This document shows, in pieces, positions 38,285-48,453 of a DNA stretch of 64,000 bases. The notes beneath the pieces are model-generated. The model ran no database searches. It was not told the DNA's origin and was given only the letters and a program-made list of their open reading frames with translations. A program made the translations under genes and the position numbers. This DNA is from an archaeon (GTDB taxonomy: Archaea; Nanobdellota; Nanobdellia; Pacearchaeales; GW2011-AR1), in assembly GCA_018694115.1 (NCBI GenBank), contig JABHNB010000005.1:69660-133659 (forward strand). The letters run 5' to 3'. Each line of letters begins with the position of its first letter. Position 1 is the stretch's first letter.

Positions 38285-38731
38285 TTATCTCCTATTTGTC
38301 CTATCAGCACTACTAGGTTTTGCCTTATCAAAATATCCTTGAGGTACTCCGGCAATTGAAATGACTTGACTTATTCGACGCTCTTGTTCCGCATCTAACG
38401 GAATCCCCATTAACTCTTGTAGTGCTTTTGCAACAATATATGCTGCTGCAACATTTCTTCTACTACTCTCAACTAATCCTTTCATATGTTTCTCCGGATC
38501 TAAGTCCAGGTGAAATGTCCTTGAGTAAGCCCCGCTTTTTGCAGAACTAAGAAATTGCTGTTGTTCAACGGGAGATAAACTCGCAGGACCTGCATGACGG
38601 GTCATGGAATCATAAGCATAAACTAATCCTTCAAGAAATTGCTGTTGTTCCGCTGTAGAAAGACCTTCTAATCTCTCATCTATTTCATCATAAGATGTTC
38701 TCAAACTCCTTTCAAGTTCTTCTCGTGTCAT
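38285..38731 (-). CDS. Hypothetical protein
   Basis: ORF with an internal LS..EQQQFL repeat. Confidence 0.6.
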   Translation of the reverse strand: MTREELERSLRTSYDEIDERLEGLSTAEQQQFLEGLVYAYDSMTRHAGPASLSPVEQQQFLSSAKSGAYSRTFHLDLDPEKHMKGLVESSRRNVAAAYIVAKALQELMGIPLDAEQERRISQVISIAGVPQGYFDKAKPSSADRTNRR

Positions 38732-38820
38732 GATAAAACAATCAATAAACTATTTTTAAAACTTTCTGGAAGAAAGTACCCCTTGGGTTCAGTGAATTAT
38801 TTAACAAACAACCTCCACTT

Positions 38821-39468
38821 TCAATGAACCAACTTAAACTCATGTTCCAAATAATAATCAAGCTTAGATTGTGAAGGCCAATATCCACATTTTATTTTAG
38901 AACGATCTACTTTTGATTTCCAAAATTGACCGTCATCTTTGTTTTCAACGGGCGCCTTATAATCCCAAATTTTCATGAAGTGATCTATCACTAAATCTTT
39001 CGGTTCTTCCCTAAACGCCTGAAAAGCATCCCATGGACACGGGTCCTGCTTAACTACGTCAACAATACCTCCTAGTGTCTTTCTCAAATCCCCATAACGG
39101 GCCACCATAAAGGGAGATAACCCTGAGTTTCCAAGAGAGTGGGGGAGAAATTGCTGATAAGAACTATCTGTGACAACTTCTTCATCGCCCAAATGCACAA
39201 CTAAAAACTGATGATCATGATAATCGGTGGTACAAAAAGGTGTTTCTAAATTAAGGTAGGGGGTTCCAACATTTTCAACATCATATCCTCCTTTCTGCAA
39301 GACAAAATCTAGGGCAGCTGCATTAACTCCGCAACAACCGCCTGAGCAAAAAATATCCCCTTCTCTAGAGATATAATTCCATCTTTGAATACTTGCAATC
39401 GCACCAACTGCTCTCAGATTTTTCTGAATAAACTCCTTGAGTTTTCCAAATTCATCATTTGTTGCCAT
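38821..39468 (-). CDS. Transglutaminase/papain-like Cys-His-Asp protein
   Basis: GCCG...L...GY, HQFLVV, VVTDSSYQQF. Confidence 0.55.
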   Translation of the reverse strand: MATNDEFGKLKEFIQKNLRAVGAIASIQRWNYISREGDIFCSGGCCGVNAAALDFVLQKGGYDVENVGTPYLNLETPFCTTDYHDHQFLVVHLGDEEVVTDSSYQQFLPHSLGNSGLSPFMVARYGDLRKTLGGIVDVVKQDPCPWDAFQAFREEPKDLVIDHFMKIWDYKAPVENKDDGQFWKSKVDRSKIKCGYWPSQSKLDYYLEHEFKLVH

Positions 39469-39597
39469 ATTAATATTATCAAGAACTCTAATTCCCTAGG
39501 GGACAAATTCATCAGGATTTGGAAACTTTTAAGGCTTTCTACGCCCCCCATTCCATAAACCCCCAACATTTATAACATCTCATCCCCCCACCATTAC

Positions 39598-40674
39598 ATG
39601 AAAGGTGATAGTCCAATAAATACAATTAGAATTCTATCCAAAACTCTCCAACCAGTTATCAAAACCAAAACAAATTGGAAGAACCTCTCTCCACATCTCA
39701 AAACCACTCCAAATCTCGCCCCAGCCCTCAACGCCATCCACCTCTTCAAAAAGAACAATCTCATAAAAGAGTTAGTAGACACAAAAGCCCCAAAGTTCCT
39801 AAAAGGCGGTCTAACCCCTTCTGGAAAATCATTTGGTGCACGAATCACAATTCTCCCAAGCAAACATCTACTTGACAAGGCATTCTCCCTTTTTGCTGAT
39901 GATCTGACCATCCATGATGAAACATCGAACACTCACTGGGATGTCATCTTCAAAAACCCAACCGGGAAATATTCTTATCTATATACCTTAGAGAAGAAAA
40001 AGAAAGCGAAGAAAAAGAAATTCTCCGCAGTAGACGATTTTGACAAAAACCTTTCAAAAATAAATCGGGCAGTGAACAAAAAAATCAAAGAATCGCCAGA
40101 TAAAACTGCCCTAGCAACTCGAACTCTCCTAGATACCAAAATGAGGGTTGGTAATGAAGTATATTACAAGGCTCACGGACACAAAGGCCTGACGACCCTA
40201 AAGAAAGGAGATATTAGGATAGAAGACGCACGGGTAACTTTCTCCTTTATTTCAAAGGATGGCGTGCCACAAACAATCACTGCTAAGTTCTCCCAAGAAT
40301 ATATCTCAAACCTACAAAAGATTCTAAACAAATCTAAGAAGTCTGATTTCATTTTCACAAACGATTCTAAAAAACCCCTAAAAGATAGAGACTTCTCAAA
40401 AGCATTCAAGGAATATTGCGGAGAGGAGTTTTATCCCCACATTGTTAGGTCCCACTACGCAACAAAAAAAGCAGAGGCATTTTTGAAAAAGCATAAGAAA
40501 TCAAAAAAAGCTTCCAAAAGCGAGATCGATAAGCTCTTCACCCACATCGCTGAGAAGCTCGGCCACAAAAAATATTCCAAGGGTGAGAAAAAGTGGAAGA
40601 CAGATTATGGCGCAACAATTCATTATTACATCCGACCAGATTTTGTAGAGAAAATCTTGAAACTTAGGAACTAA
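39598..40674 (+). CDS. Type IB DNA topoisomerase (short bacterial/poxvirus-like)
   Basis: MRVGNE, GLTTL, FISKDGV, IVRSHYA, AEKLGH, HYYI (R-K-R-H-Y pentad). Confidence 0.85.
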   Translation: MKGDSPINTIRILSKTLQPVIKTKTNWKNLSPHLKTTPNLAPALNAIHLFKKNNLIKELVDTKAPKFLKGGLTPSGKSFGARITILPSKHLLDKAFSLFADDLTIHDETSNTHWDVIFKNPTGKYSYLYTLEKKKKAKKKKFSAVDDFDKNLSKINRAVNKKIKESPDKTALATRTLLDTKMRVGNEVYYKAHGHKGLTTLKKGDIRIEDARVTFSFISKDGVPQTITAKFSQEYISNLQKILNKSKKSDFIFTNDSKKPLKDRDFSKAFKEYCGEEFYPHIVRSHYATKKAEAFLKKHKKSKKASKSEIDKLFTHIAEKLGHKKYSKGEKKWKTDYGATIHYYIRPDFVEKILKLRN

Positions 40675-40744
40675 TGAAAAATCGCACCTTCCAGTAGTAA
40701 ATTTTCATCGAAAGCTTTATAATCCAAATATTACCAGAAATATA

Positions 40745-42817
40745 ATGAAATTCAGTAACACATCAAAGATTTCATTGATATTTTTAGTTGGATTTATGAT
40801 CCTTGGATTTTCGGCCATTGCATCCGCAGGATGGATCGATGACGAAGCAGCATGTTTATGTCAAAGGGCAGATATGAATGATGATGGAATTGTGGATTTC
40901 GCTGACTTTTCTTTATTGGCGTTTAAGTATACCTCTACGGATTGTAATGAAACAAATACTTGGTGTGAGGGGGCAGATGTTAACCGGGATGGGATGGTAG
41001 AGGACCCGGATTTTGATTTATTTAAGACGTTTTACGGAGATACCTGTGCTGCAGGTAGTGAAGAGACCTGTGATATAGATATCTGTGCTCAGGCAGATAT
41101 TAATGAAGATGGAACTGTGGGCTTTGCTGATTTTTCAATATTGGCATTTAAGTATAATTCTAATGATTGTAATGAAACTAATTTTTGGTGTGATCGTGCA
41201 GATATAACTCAAAATGGTAGTGTAGATGACGACGATTTTCAATTCTTAGTCGCATATTATGGAGAGACTTGTGTAAGTCCAAATTCTTGTTTATGCGCTA
41301 TGGCAGACATAAATAGCGACGGAGTTGTTACTGGAGCAGACTATACTGTCTGGGCAGTTCAATTCGGATCTACTGGCTGTAGCGAAATTAATGATTGGTG
41401 TGGCGGTGCGGATGCGAATCAGGATGGAGAAGTTAATGATCCAGATTATGATGTCTGGGCGGCATTCTTTGGAGAGACTTGTAATTTATTTGATGATTCT
41501 GTTTGCGAATTAGATTTATGTGATCAAGCAGACATAAATAGCGACGGAGTTGTTACTGGAGCAGACTATACTGTCTGGGCAGTTCAATTCGGATTAACTG
41601 ATTGTAATGAGACTAATAACTGGTGTGGTGGTGCAGATACTACTCGGGACGGAGAAGTTTCTAACTCTGATTATGGAATCTGGGCAGCATTCTTTGGATA
41701 TGATTGTAGCACTGGAGAAGAGATCAATGAAGAACTTTCTTGTATGTGTTCAAGAGCAGATATTAGTGGTGATGGATCTGTAGATATTGGAGATTATACT
41801 CTCTGGGCAGATAATTTTGGATCGACAGAGTGTAATGAGACTAATGCTTGGTGTAACGGAGCAGACACTACTCGTGACGGAATTGTGAATGATGATGATT
41901 ATTACCTTTGGGCGGTTTATTATACTGAGCCCTGTGGGGCCGTAGAGGAAGTTACATGCGAATTAGATTTATGTTCAAGAGCAGATATTAGTGGTGATGG
42001 ATCTGTAGATATTGGAGATTATACTCTCTGGGCAGATAATTTTGGATCGACAGATTGTAATGAAACCAATGCTTGGTGTAACGGTGCGGACCTATCGAGA
42101 AATGGAGAAGTTACAGATAACGATTACTATTTCTGGGCGATCTACTATGGAGATAATTGTAGTGCAAGTGGAACTGAAGATCCGGCACTTACTGTGACTG
42201 CTGAATGTAATGATACTGATTTTGATCTTGATGGAAAGGTAGACATGGCGGATTTCATAGCCTTTAGAGAAATTTTTAATTCTGACAATACTAATGACAC
42301 AACAAACTGTTCAGCAGATAACAATTGGTGTAATCGGGCAGATATAGATAAGGATGGAAATGTTACTGACACAGACCTTGCCCTTTTTACGTCTAATTTC
42401 GGAATGACTTGTCCTGTTCAAGAGCCAGTAATACCTGTAGTAATTATAACCTCTGGCGGTGGCGGTGGTGGATCTAGCAGTGGAGGATGTATTATTAATT
42501 GGTCTTGTGGAGAATGGGATTCCTGTTCAAATGGAACTCAATTGAGAAGTTGTATTGATGAAAACCGTTGTGGTACTCTTGCTGAAAGACCAGATTTAAG
42601 CCAATCTTGTAATGAAAGTTCAAGTCTTGATCTTCAACAAGCCTTTTCATCAGAAGAACCTGAAGGACTGATAGGAAGAGCTTTGGCAGCAATAACTGGT
42701 GCAGTTGTAGGATCCGGAGAAACATCAGGACTAAGAATTGCAGGATACTTTATCATCTTGATTCTTATTGGAACCGGGGCAGTTATTATCTTTAGAAAAG
42801 TTAAGAAGAAAAAATAA
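40745..42817 (+). CDS. Cell-surface protein with 7 Cys-bridged dockerin/EF-hand-like repeats
   Basis: Signal peptide; repeated AD.N.DG.V...D...(W/L) pairs; poly-G, C..NWSCGEW..C module, ITGAVV, C-terminal TM and KKKK. Confidence 0.85.
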   Translation: MKFSNTSKISLIFLVGFMILGFSAIASAGWIDDEAACLCQRADMNDDGIVDFADFSLLAFKYTSTDCNETNTWCEGADVNRDGMVEDPDFDLFKTFYGDTCAAGSEETCDIDICAQADINEDGTVGFADFSILAFKYNSNDCNETNFWCDRADITQNGSVDDDDFQFLVAYYGETCVSPNSCLCAMADINSDGVVTGADYTVWAVQFGSTGCSEINDWCGGADANQDGEVNDPDYDVWAAFFGETCNLFDDSVCELDLCDQADINSDGVVTGADYTVWAVQFGLTDCNETNNWCGGADTTRDGEVSNSDYGIWAAFFGYDCSTGEEINEELSCMCSRADISGDGSVDIGDYTLWADNFGSTECNETNAWCNGADTTRDGIVNDDDYYLWAVYYTEPCGAVEEVTCELDLCSRADISGDGSVDIGDYTLWADNFGSTDCNETNAWCNGADLSRNGEVTDNDYYFWAIYYGDNCSASGTEDPALTVTAECNDTDFDLDGKVDMADFIAFREIFNSDNTNDTTNCSADNNWCNRADIDKDGNVTDTDLALFTSNFGMTCPVQEPVIPVVIITSGGGGGGSSSGGCIINWSCGEWDSCSNGTQLRSCIDENRCGTLAERPDLSQSCNESSSLDLQQAFSSEEPEGLIGRALAAITGAVVGSGETSGLRIAGYFIILILIGTGAVIIFRKVKKKK
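41303..42054 (+). repeat. Exact intragenic DNA repeats
   Basis: 67 bp at 41303-41369 = 41528-41594; 83 bp at 41747-41829 = 41972-42054; both offset by 225 bp. Confidence 0.9.
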
Positions 42818-42865
42818 TTGAATATTCTTTTAATTCGACGATGATTATTTAAATCTTTAATCCCT

Positions 42866-43252
42866 ATGATCTCCATGATAAATTGGTTGATTTGGTTAAT
42901 CTTGGCATTATTAATTCTATTTGGAGTAATTGCAATCCTCATGGCTAAAAAAGGCAAAAAAAGGCCTACAGATTATTACAACCTCTTCGTTATGGGCGTT
43001 ATCTGGCTTCCTTTTGGGATTATTATGATAATCTCAAATCTTACCATTGGAATCGTTTTTATCGCTCTGGGGGCCTCCTACATGACTGTGGGGCTAGCTC
43101 ACAAGGATAAATGGGATAAAAACCATAAAACATGGAACCAGTTAGGTAAGAAAGAGAGAAAACTTAAGCAAATCATTCTAATCGTTCTAGGAGTACTCCT
43201 CTTCATCGGTCTACTTGCCGTTTACATGGCAAGAAGAGGAATGTTTAGTTAG
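42866..43252 (+). CDS. Small multi-TM membrane protein
   Basis: Four hydrophobic segments; DY...F..G..W and GL.HKDKW motifs. Confidence 0.7.
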   Translation: MISMINWLIWLILALLILFGVIAILMAKKGKKRPTDYYNLFVMGVIWLPFGIIMIISNLTIGIVFIALGASYMTVGLAHKDKWDKNHKTWNQLGKKERKLKQIILIVLGVLLFIGLLAVYMARRGMFS

Positions 43253-43419
43253 GATTTGGAATTAATATAATTAATCACAACAATCTTTATATATTGAAAC
43301 TTGCAAATCACTCTTGTTTACCTGAACCAGAACCCACAGCTCGTTGAATTCTTCCTATTAATTTTCTAAAATCTCTCATCAGATAATTATTTATATCAAA
43401 TATCCCTAATAATATAAGA

Positions 43420-43632
43420 ATGGCAAAAAACGAAAAAAGAGTTGATTGGAATCAGGTCATTGGAATGATAGTCTACTGGGCGATCTTTCTAACCGCAACC
43501 ATGGCGCTTTTCGAAAGAATGCATATCTTCCCAGCGACGGTACCTTTCGGAGTTATTGGTTGGACCGTGCTCGTAGAGCTTCCAAGAGTAGTCTTAGGAT
43601 ACGCAATAAGTTTAATCTTTTTTAGAAAATAA
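43420..43632 (+). CDS. Small membrane protein
   Basis: Two TM; TATA upstream. Confidence 0.6.
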   Translation: MAKNEKRVDWNQVIGMIVYWAIFLTATMALFERMHIFPATVPFGVIGWTVLVELPRVVLGYAISLIFFRK

Positions 43633-43684
43633 AACTCTAATTTGATTGATAAAAATTTATAAACAGTTAGCACTTAAGACAATA

Positions 43685-43999
43685 ATGATATCCGCAGAAT
43701 ACCTGATTATAATTGCAGTTTTTGTGATTTATTATTTAGCTGTACTGATTACAGAAAAGAGGATCATCAGAGAACCTCAAGAGATTATCGGAAAATTCTT
43801 GTCTGTTATCTTACTCTATGCAGGAGTTTCATTAATCTTTTTTGCACTCACTGGCCAACCCTTCCTAGGCGCATCCCAGGAAAACTACAACCTGTATATC
43901 TTCATAATCGGTTTTGTTGCAATGCTTTGGACAATCCCCGAACTTCTAGAGGAATTCAAATGGTTTCGCAATTTTACAAAGAAGAGCAAGAAAAAATAA
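43685..43999 (+). CDS. Small membrane protein
   Basis: Three TM; TATA upstream. Confidence 0.65.
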   Translation: MISAEYLIIIAVFVIYYLAVLITEKRIIREPQEIIGKFLSVILLYAGVSLIFFALTGQPFLGASQENYNLYIFIIGFVAMLWTIPELLEEFKWFRNFTKKSKKK

Positions 44000-44045
44000 G
44001 AAATAATGCCATAAGCTTTTTATACCGTCTCGTCTTTCTGTAAAC

Positions 44046-44246
44046 ATGGCAAAGAAAAAAGAGAAAGAGATGACATGCCCAACTTCAGGGGGACCGTTCC
44101 CTTGTAGTGGTTTGATGGCTATACTGATCATTGTATTAGTATGGGTTTCTCCAGCAACATGGTCAAAGATTGTGATCACAATTGCTGCGGCATTAGTTCT
44201 TCTTGGCGCAGGCGGACGAGCTTGCATGAAAGCAAAAAAGAAGTGA
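44046..44246 (+). CDS. Small membrane protein
   Basis: Two TM with basic termini; TATA upstream. Confidence 0.6.
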   Translation: MAKKKEKEMTCPTSGGPFPCSGLMAILIIVLVWVSPATWSKIVITIAAALVLLGAGGRACMKAKKK

Positions 44247-44382
44247 GGTGATCACTATTCTTTAAAAAATTATTAAGTTAGCTGGAAGTTTAACACTTCC
44301 AACAATTTTTCTACATACCTGGGAGAACTATGTCCTCCAAAAAATAAAAAAAATAAAAAAAATAAAAAGGAGCTGGCGGGAA

Positions 44383-44760
44383 TTACATTCCTTCGCTAGC
44401 GATGTCTTCAGCCATTGCATTTGAGTCCGCCATTGGCGCTTCACTCGAATCAGCATCTCCAGAATTTCCTCGATCTTCTCTCGGTTTATCAAATGACCGA
44501 TCATTATCTCGTGGAACCATTGGTTTTGCTTCATTAACTGTCAACTTTCGACCGTCAATTTCCTTTTCATGCATATCTGCCATAGCTTTCTTAGCTGCTT
44601 CATCGTCTGCGATAGTTACGAATCCGAAACCCTTTGATCTTCCAGAATACTTATCTGAGATCAAGTTAGCTTCTTCAACGTCAAAACCAGCTTCAACGAA
44701 AAGCTTTTTCAAACCTTCGCTATCTACACTCCAAGGTAAATTACCTACGTATAATTTCAT
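44383..44760 (-). CDS. RRM-domain RNA-binding protein
   Basis: RNP2 LYVGNL, RNP1 KGFGFV, GRKLTVNEAKP. Confidence 0.95.
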   Translation of the reverse strand: MKLYVGNLPWSVDSEGLKKLFVEAGFDVEEANLISDKYSGRSKGFGFVTIADDEAAKKAMADMHEKEIDGRKLTVNEAKPMVPRDNDRSFDKPREDRGNSGDADSSEAPMADSNAMAEDIASEGM

Positions 44761-44936
44761 TGTTTCCTCCCATGTTATTTAATAATTGTAATAGAAATCT
44801 CATTGTTGCTTTGTGTTCTCTTAGTGTTCTCTTAAAAATATGAAATTTCGAGTATTCTTAAAGCTATCTATTCCGAAAATTTAGCCAAATTAATTGATCA
44901 CAATAATTCTTATATATCCTCCTTCCATCTAATTCT

Positions 44937-45311
44937 ATGACCAAAGAAAAAAGAAAACCAAATGGATTCGTCGACTATCTCTGTGCTAGTGTGGCCGGAT
45001 TTCTTCTCGCAGGGATCTTTGGGGCTTCATCAGTGGGATTTAAGGATTATGGAACCACAACAACAAGGCCCGGACCAAGTAAGGGAATAGAATTTCCCTA
45101 TTCAACTTCGGTCTTCAAAAAAGGATATGCTGGATGGACCCAAATAAGTGGAAGAAGAAACGAATCATGGAACGAATCGTTAGATATTGAGTCAAAATGT
45201 GATATGGCTGAAGCAGGATTACTTTTCGGGATGGGAGGACTTACCCTTGCATGTGCTGGGACTGCGATAAAAAGATCCCGAGAAGAAGAAGATTCTCCCG
45301 AGGAAAATTAA
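44937..45311 (+). CDS. Hypothetical membrane protein
   Basis: Two hydrophobic segments. Confidence 0.55.
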   Translation: MTKEKRKPNGFVDYLCASVAGFLLAGIFGASSVGFKDYGTTTTRPGPSKGIEFPYSTSVFKKGYAGWTQISGRRNESWNESLDIESKCDMAEAGLLFGMGGLTLACAGTAIKRSREEEDSPEEN

Positions 45312-45313
45312 AA

Positions 45314-45649
45314 ATGAGGTTTGAGGATCATGTACGCCTATCTCTCGAAGCAATCAAAGAGGAAAATCCAGATATTCTTGAGGATTATCCGGATCTGGTT
45401 ACCAAGATAGTTCGCGAAACACATATTTGGATGGACCACCACTATCGGCAGGGAATGGGGACTATAGAACACCGAAAGTACCTTCATCATGAAGGGGGAA
45501 TTGAAAAGACAAGAGAAAAATTCTCCAAGGAATACGGGGAAAGGTGGGGAGAACTTGCCGAACAAGAAGCTCGACGACATATCATACAAGATTTCGGGAG
45601 AGTTCCAGATAAATATTATTTTTTTAGATTCTCCTTCAAGCCAGATTAG
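45314..45649 (+). CDS. His-rich hypothetical protein
   Basis: H.WMD, HR...HH..GIE, A..HI.QD pattern suggests a metal-binding helical domain. Confidence 0.6.
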   Translation: MRFEDHVRLSLEAIKEENPDILEDYPDLVTKIVRETHIWMDHHYRQGMGTIEHRKYLHHEGGIEKTREKFSKEYGERWGELAEQEARRHIIQDFGRVPDKYYFFRFSFKPD

Positions 45650-45753
45650 CCCTTATTTTCAGGGCCATTTTTCTTCAAAAACGCCTTAAAAACCTTTCTG
45701 TAAAAATTTCACCGACGCTAAGCCTTTAAAACCCAAATTAACCTCTCGAAGTC

Positions 45754-46482
45754 ATGGAATCATTAGAAAGTCAACTTGGGAAAGAATTAGCTAACCTAGA
45801 TGTTTCAGAATCAGATCAAAAATATATTAGGTATTACCTGGATCTAATAAAACAAAAAGATACTCCTACCTCTGAGCACTCGATGAGACTTGCAATTCTT
45901 GGACCCAAAGTTGCAAGATGCCTCGGTCCAACCATGGATCAAAGGGCAATGCTTTTCACAGGGGGGCTTCATGATATTGGTAAAATCGAAATTGAAGATG
46001 ACGTTCTCAAAAAAACAAAAGGTTTTAGTGCCGAGGACATGGAAAAAATGGTGGCCCATCCAATAATCTCCTACCTCATCCTAGAAAAAGTTGATCTTTG
46101 CTCTGCAGAAATGGCATTAAGACACCACCACAATCAGGAAGATGGATACCCTTCCACAGAGGTGATCAACAGACTTTCTAAATTAACAAACGGAGAAAAA
46201 GCTAAGATAGAATATCATAGTCTTATTTTCTCTCGTTTGGATGTTTATGATGCTGCAACAAACAGGAAAAATGATAAATATGATGGAAAGGTACTAACTC
46301 CTGAAGAAGTTCGGCCAATATTAATAGAACAGAATCCTGAAGTGGCTAATGAGGTTAACACACTTTATGATGCCGGAGTTCTCGGAAGCAAAAAAATAAT
46401 TGTGCCGGGTATTGAGATTATGGTGCCAGGAAAAAAAGATCAGGGCGTTTCGATTGCCACAACGATTAACGAAAAAGCTTAG
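45754..46482 (+). CDS. HD-GYP-like phosphohydrolase
   Basis: T.EHS.R, LHDIGK, HP, HHHNQEDGYP, DVYDA. Confidence 0.85.
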   Translation: MESLESQLGKELANLDVSESDQKYIRYYLDLIKQKDTPTSEHSMRLAILGPKVARCLGPTMDQRAMLFTGGLHDIGKIEIEDDVLKKTKGFSAEDMEKMVAHPIISYLILEKVDLCSAEMALRHHHNQEDGYPSTEVINRLSKLTNGEKAKIEYHSLIFSRLDVYDAATNRKNDKYDGKVLTPEEVRPILIEQNPEVANEVNTLYDAGVLGSKKIIVPGIEIMVPGKKDQGVSIATTINEKA

Positions 46483-46524
46483 TCCTCCAATAATCCTTAA
46501 AAACCCCTTCTCCCTAAAATACTT

Positions 46525-47091
46525 ATGAAAAAGAAGAGGTCTATTGTTGAAACTGTATTCGTTAATCTTGTAAGCTTTCTTGTTTTCCTAATTATCCTAG
46601 GACTCACGAATGTGGTAGCAATTACGATAAATAATCCCCTTCTGACAAGAATTGTGTTTTTCCTAAATTCCTGTGTCTTTCTTATATTTGTTCTATCAGT
46701 AATTATTCTTATATCAAAATTATTTGATCTGATTTCTTTTCCATTCAATCTGCCTGTTCCATTATTCAATGCAGCGGCAGGAATAACCTTCGTAATATTC
46801 CTATTCAAGATATTCAATCTTCTGGGAGATATGTTTGGGAGCGGGTTTACATGGGTAGAAAATCTAAACATCGCACTAACTTACTTTTGGGTTTCCATAA
46901 TCATCATATTTATGGGGTACGCAAGATTACTCTCTGAAGCTCGTAGGGCACGTTGTCCTCCAATAGAAAGAATAGAAAAGAAAGGAAAAGAAGTCAAGTG
47001 GTCTGATGTGGGAAATGAGGCTCGTGGAATCCTCTACGATATTTTGACAAATATTCGGTCATTAGTAAGACCAAGAAGAAAGAAGAAGTAA
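46525..47091 (+). CDS. Membrane protein
   Basis: Four TM; FPFNLPVPLFNA. Confidence 0.7.
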   Translation: MKKKRSIVETVFVNLVSFLVFLIILGLTNVVAITINNPLLTRIVFFLNSCVFLIFVLSVIILISKLFDLISFPFNLPVPLFNAAAGITFVIFLFKIFNLLGDMFGSGFTWVENLNIALTYFWVSIIIIFMGYARLLSEARRARCPPIERIEKKGKEVKWSDVGNEARGILYDILTNIRSLVRPRRKKK

Positions 47092-47097
47092 TTCTAA

Positions 47098-48204
47098 CTA
47101 TGCAAAAAATTCAACAAAAATACCTGTGATAAATATTATCGTTATAATGGTAACAATAATCCAGTTCATTGGGACGACAAATTCCGGTTCTTTTTTGGAA
47201 GACTTGGACGCCTTATTCATCAGCACTATCAAAATCCCAGTAATTCCTCCCGAGATAACTCCTCCAATTCCCAGAATCATCGCAAACCCTGCCATATCAA
47301 AACTAGAAACAAACAAATAAAGGAGAAGTGGGACTATCGCAGAGAAAACAAAATTGACCATTGGAGAAGATTTCAAGTCATACTTAAACAAATCTTTTAC
47401 TGAGAAGGCCAAAACAAAATAACTGGTCAGCATTGTAAAGATACCCAAGATAGTTACGAACGGTCCAAACGAAAGTGTTGCAACCTCACTAACTTCCTTT
47501 CCTAAGACTCCTACAAAGACTGCGCTAAATAGGATATAAAGAATGATGGGGATCAAAGTTCCGAGGATAATTGCTAATTTCAATTTCTTTTCCTCGCCCT
47601 TAATTTCTCTACGTAGTTCGGGAATAGATGTGAAACCTAAAAGGGCAAACATCACTACTCCAACCGGAAGAGCAAAGTGCATCATGTCTACCGTCATTAA
47701 ATTCGGAGTGGAGATTTTTGGAAGAAACCAGAAAAAGATTCCCACTACAATTCCAATTATTGCCATGACCCCATAAGTCTCAATTTTCTTCAATCCTTTC
47801 ATTCCCTCATGAAGAAGAAGTGTCATAACTACCCAGAATGCAAAACCTAGAATTAGTGGATTGATATTACCTGGCAAAAGTCGAGAGAGACTTTCTCCCT
47901 CACCGATGAGATAGGCCAACAGGGCAGAATAAATCCCAAACAACATAGCAAAGAACATAACTCTTTTTGCCCATTTTCCAAGATACTTCTCCGCATATCC
48001 TGCAAGTTGATGGATCCCCCTGGTTCGAAGAGTAACTTCTCCCAGAGCCAAGTTAGTAAAGATCATAACTGCACCAAGAACAATAATCCAGAATAGTCCC
48101 GCAAGGAATCCAGACTTAGCAAAGACATAAGGCAATCCCAATATTCCTGCTCCGATAATCGTTCCACTAAGCGTAAACATCGTTGCTAAGAATTTCTTAC
48201 TCAT
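47098..48204 (-). CDS. Amino acid permease (HAAAP; TyrP/Mtr/SdaC-like)
   Basis: GTIIGAGILGLP, about 11 TM, TSY. Confidence 0.9.
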   Translation of the reverse strand: MSKKFLATMFTLSGTIIGAGILGLPYVFAKSGFLAGLFWIIVLGAVMIFTNLALGEVTLRTRGIHQLAGYAEKYLGKWAKRVMFFAMLFGIYSALLAYLIGEGESLSRLLPGNINPLILGFAFWVVMTLLLHEGMKGLKKIETYGVMAIIGIVVGIFFWFLPKISTPNLMTVDMMHFALPVGVVMFALLGFTSIPELRREIKGEEKKLKLAIILGTLIPIILYILFSAVFVGVLGKEVSEVATLSFGPFVTILGIFTMLTSYFVLAFSVKDLFKYDLKSSPMVNFVFSAIVPLLLYLFVSSFDMAGFAMILGIGGVISGGITGILIVLMNKASKSSKKEPEFVVPMNWIIVTIITIIFITGIFVEFFA

Positions 48205-48259
48205 CTTATCACCTAAAGATAACAAGATCACTCTGTCTTTTATATCTTTTGAAAAGCAA

Positions 48260-48292
48260 GTGCGTTTGATTCAGAACGGGTTTTTCGGAGGG
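48260..48292 (-). repeat. Duplicate of the tRNA-Arg 3' end plus trailer
   Basis: GTGCGTTTGATTCAGAACGGGTT(TTT)CGGAGGG versus 48365-48394. Confidence 0.9.
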
Positions 48293-48381
48293 TGAGTAAT
48301 TCGCTTCGAGCAAAACAAAACCTGAGATAACTTTGCGAAATGCAAATTGCGAATTAGAACCCCTGTGCGTTTGATTCAGAA

Positions 48382-48453
48382 CGGGTTCGGAGGGAATCGA
48401 ACCCCCATCATCAGGGCCGAAACCTGACATTCTATCCATTAAACTACGAACCC
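48382..48453 (-). tRNA. tRNA-Arg(TCG)
   Basis: GGGTTCG/CGAACCC acceptor; TCAGG-TTTCGGC-CCTGA anticodon arm; GGGGG-TTCGATT-CCCTC T arm. Confidence 0.95.

Noticed and set aside
40745-42817. Diversity-generating retroelement TR/VR pair
   Set aside because: The repeats are identical rather than adenine-variable, lie within one ORF, and no reverse transcriptase is present in the window
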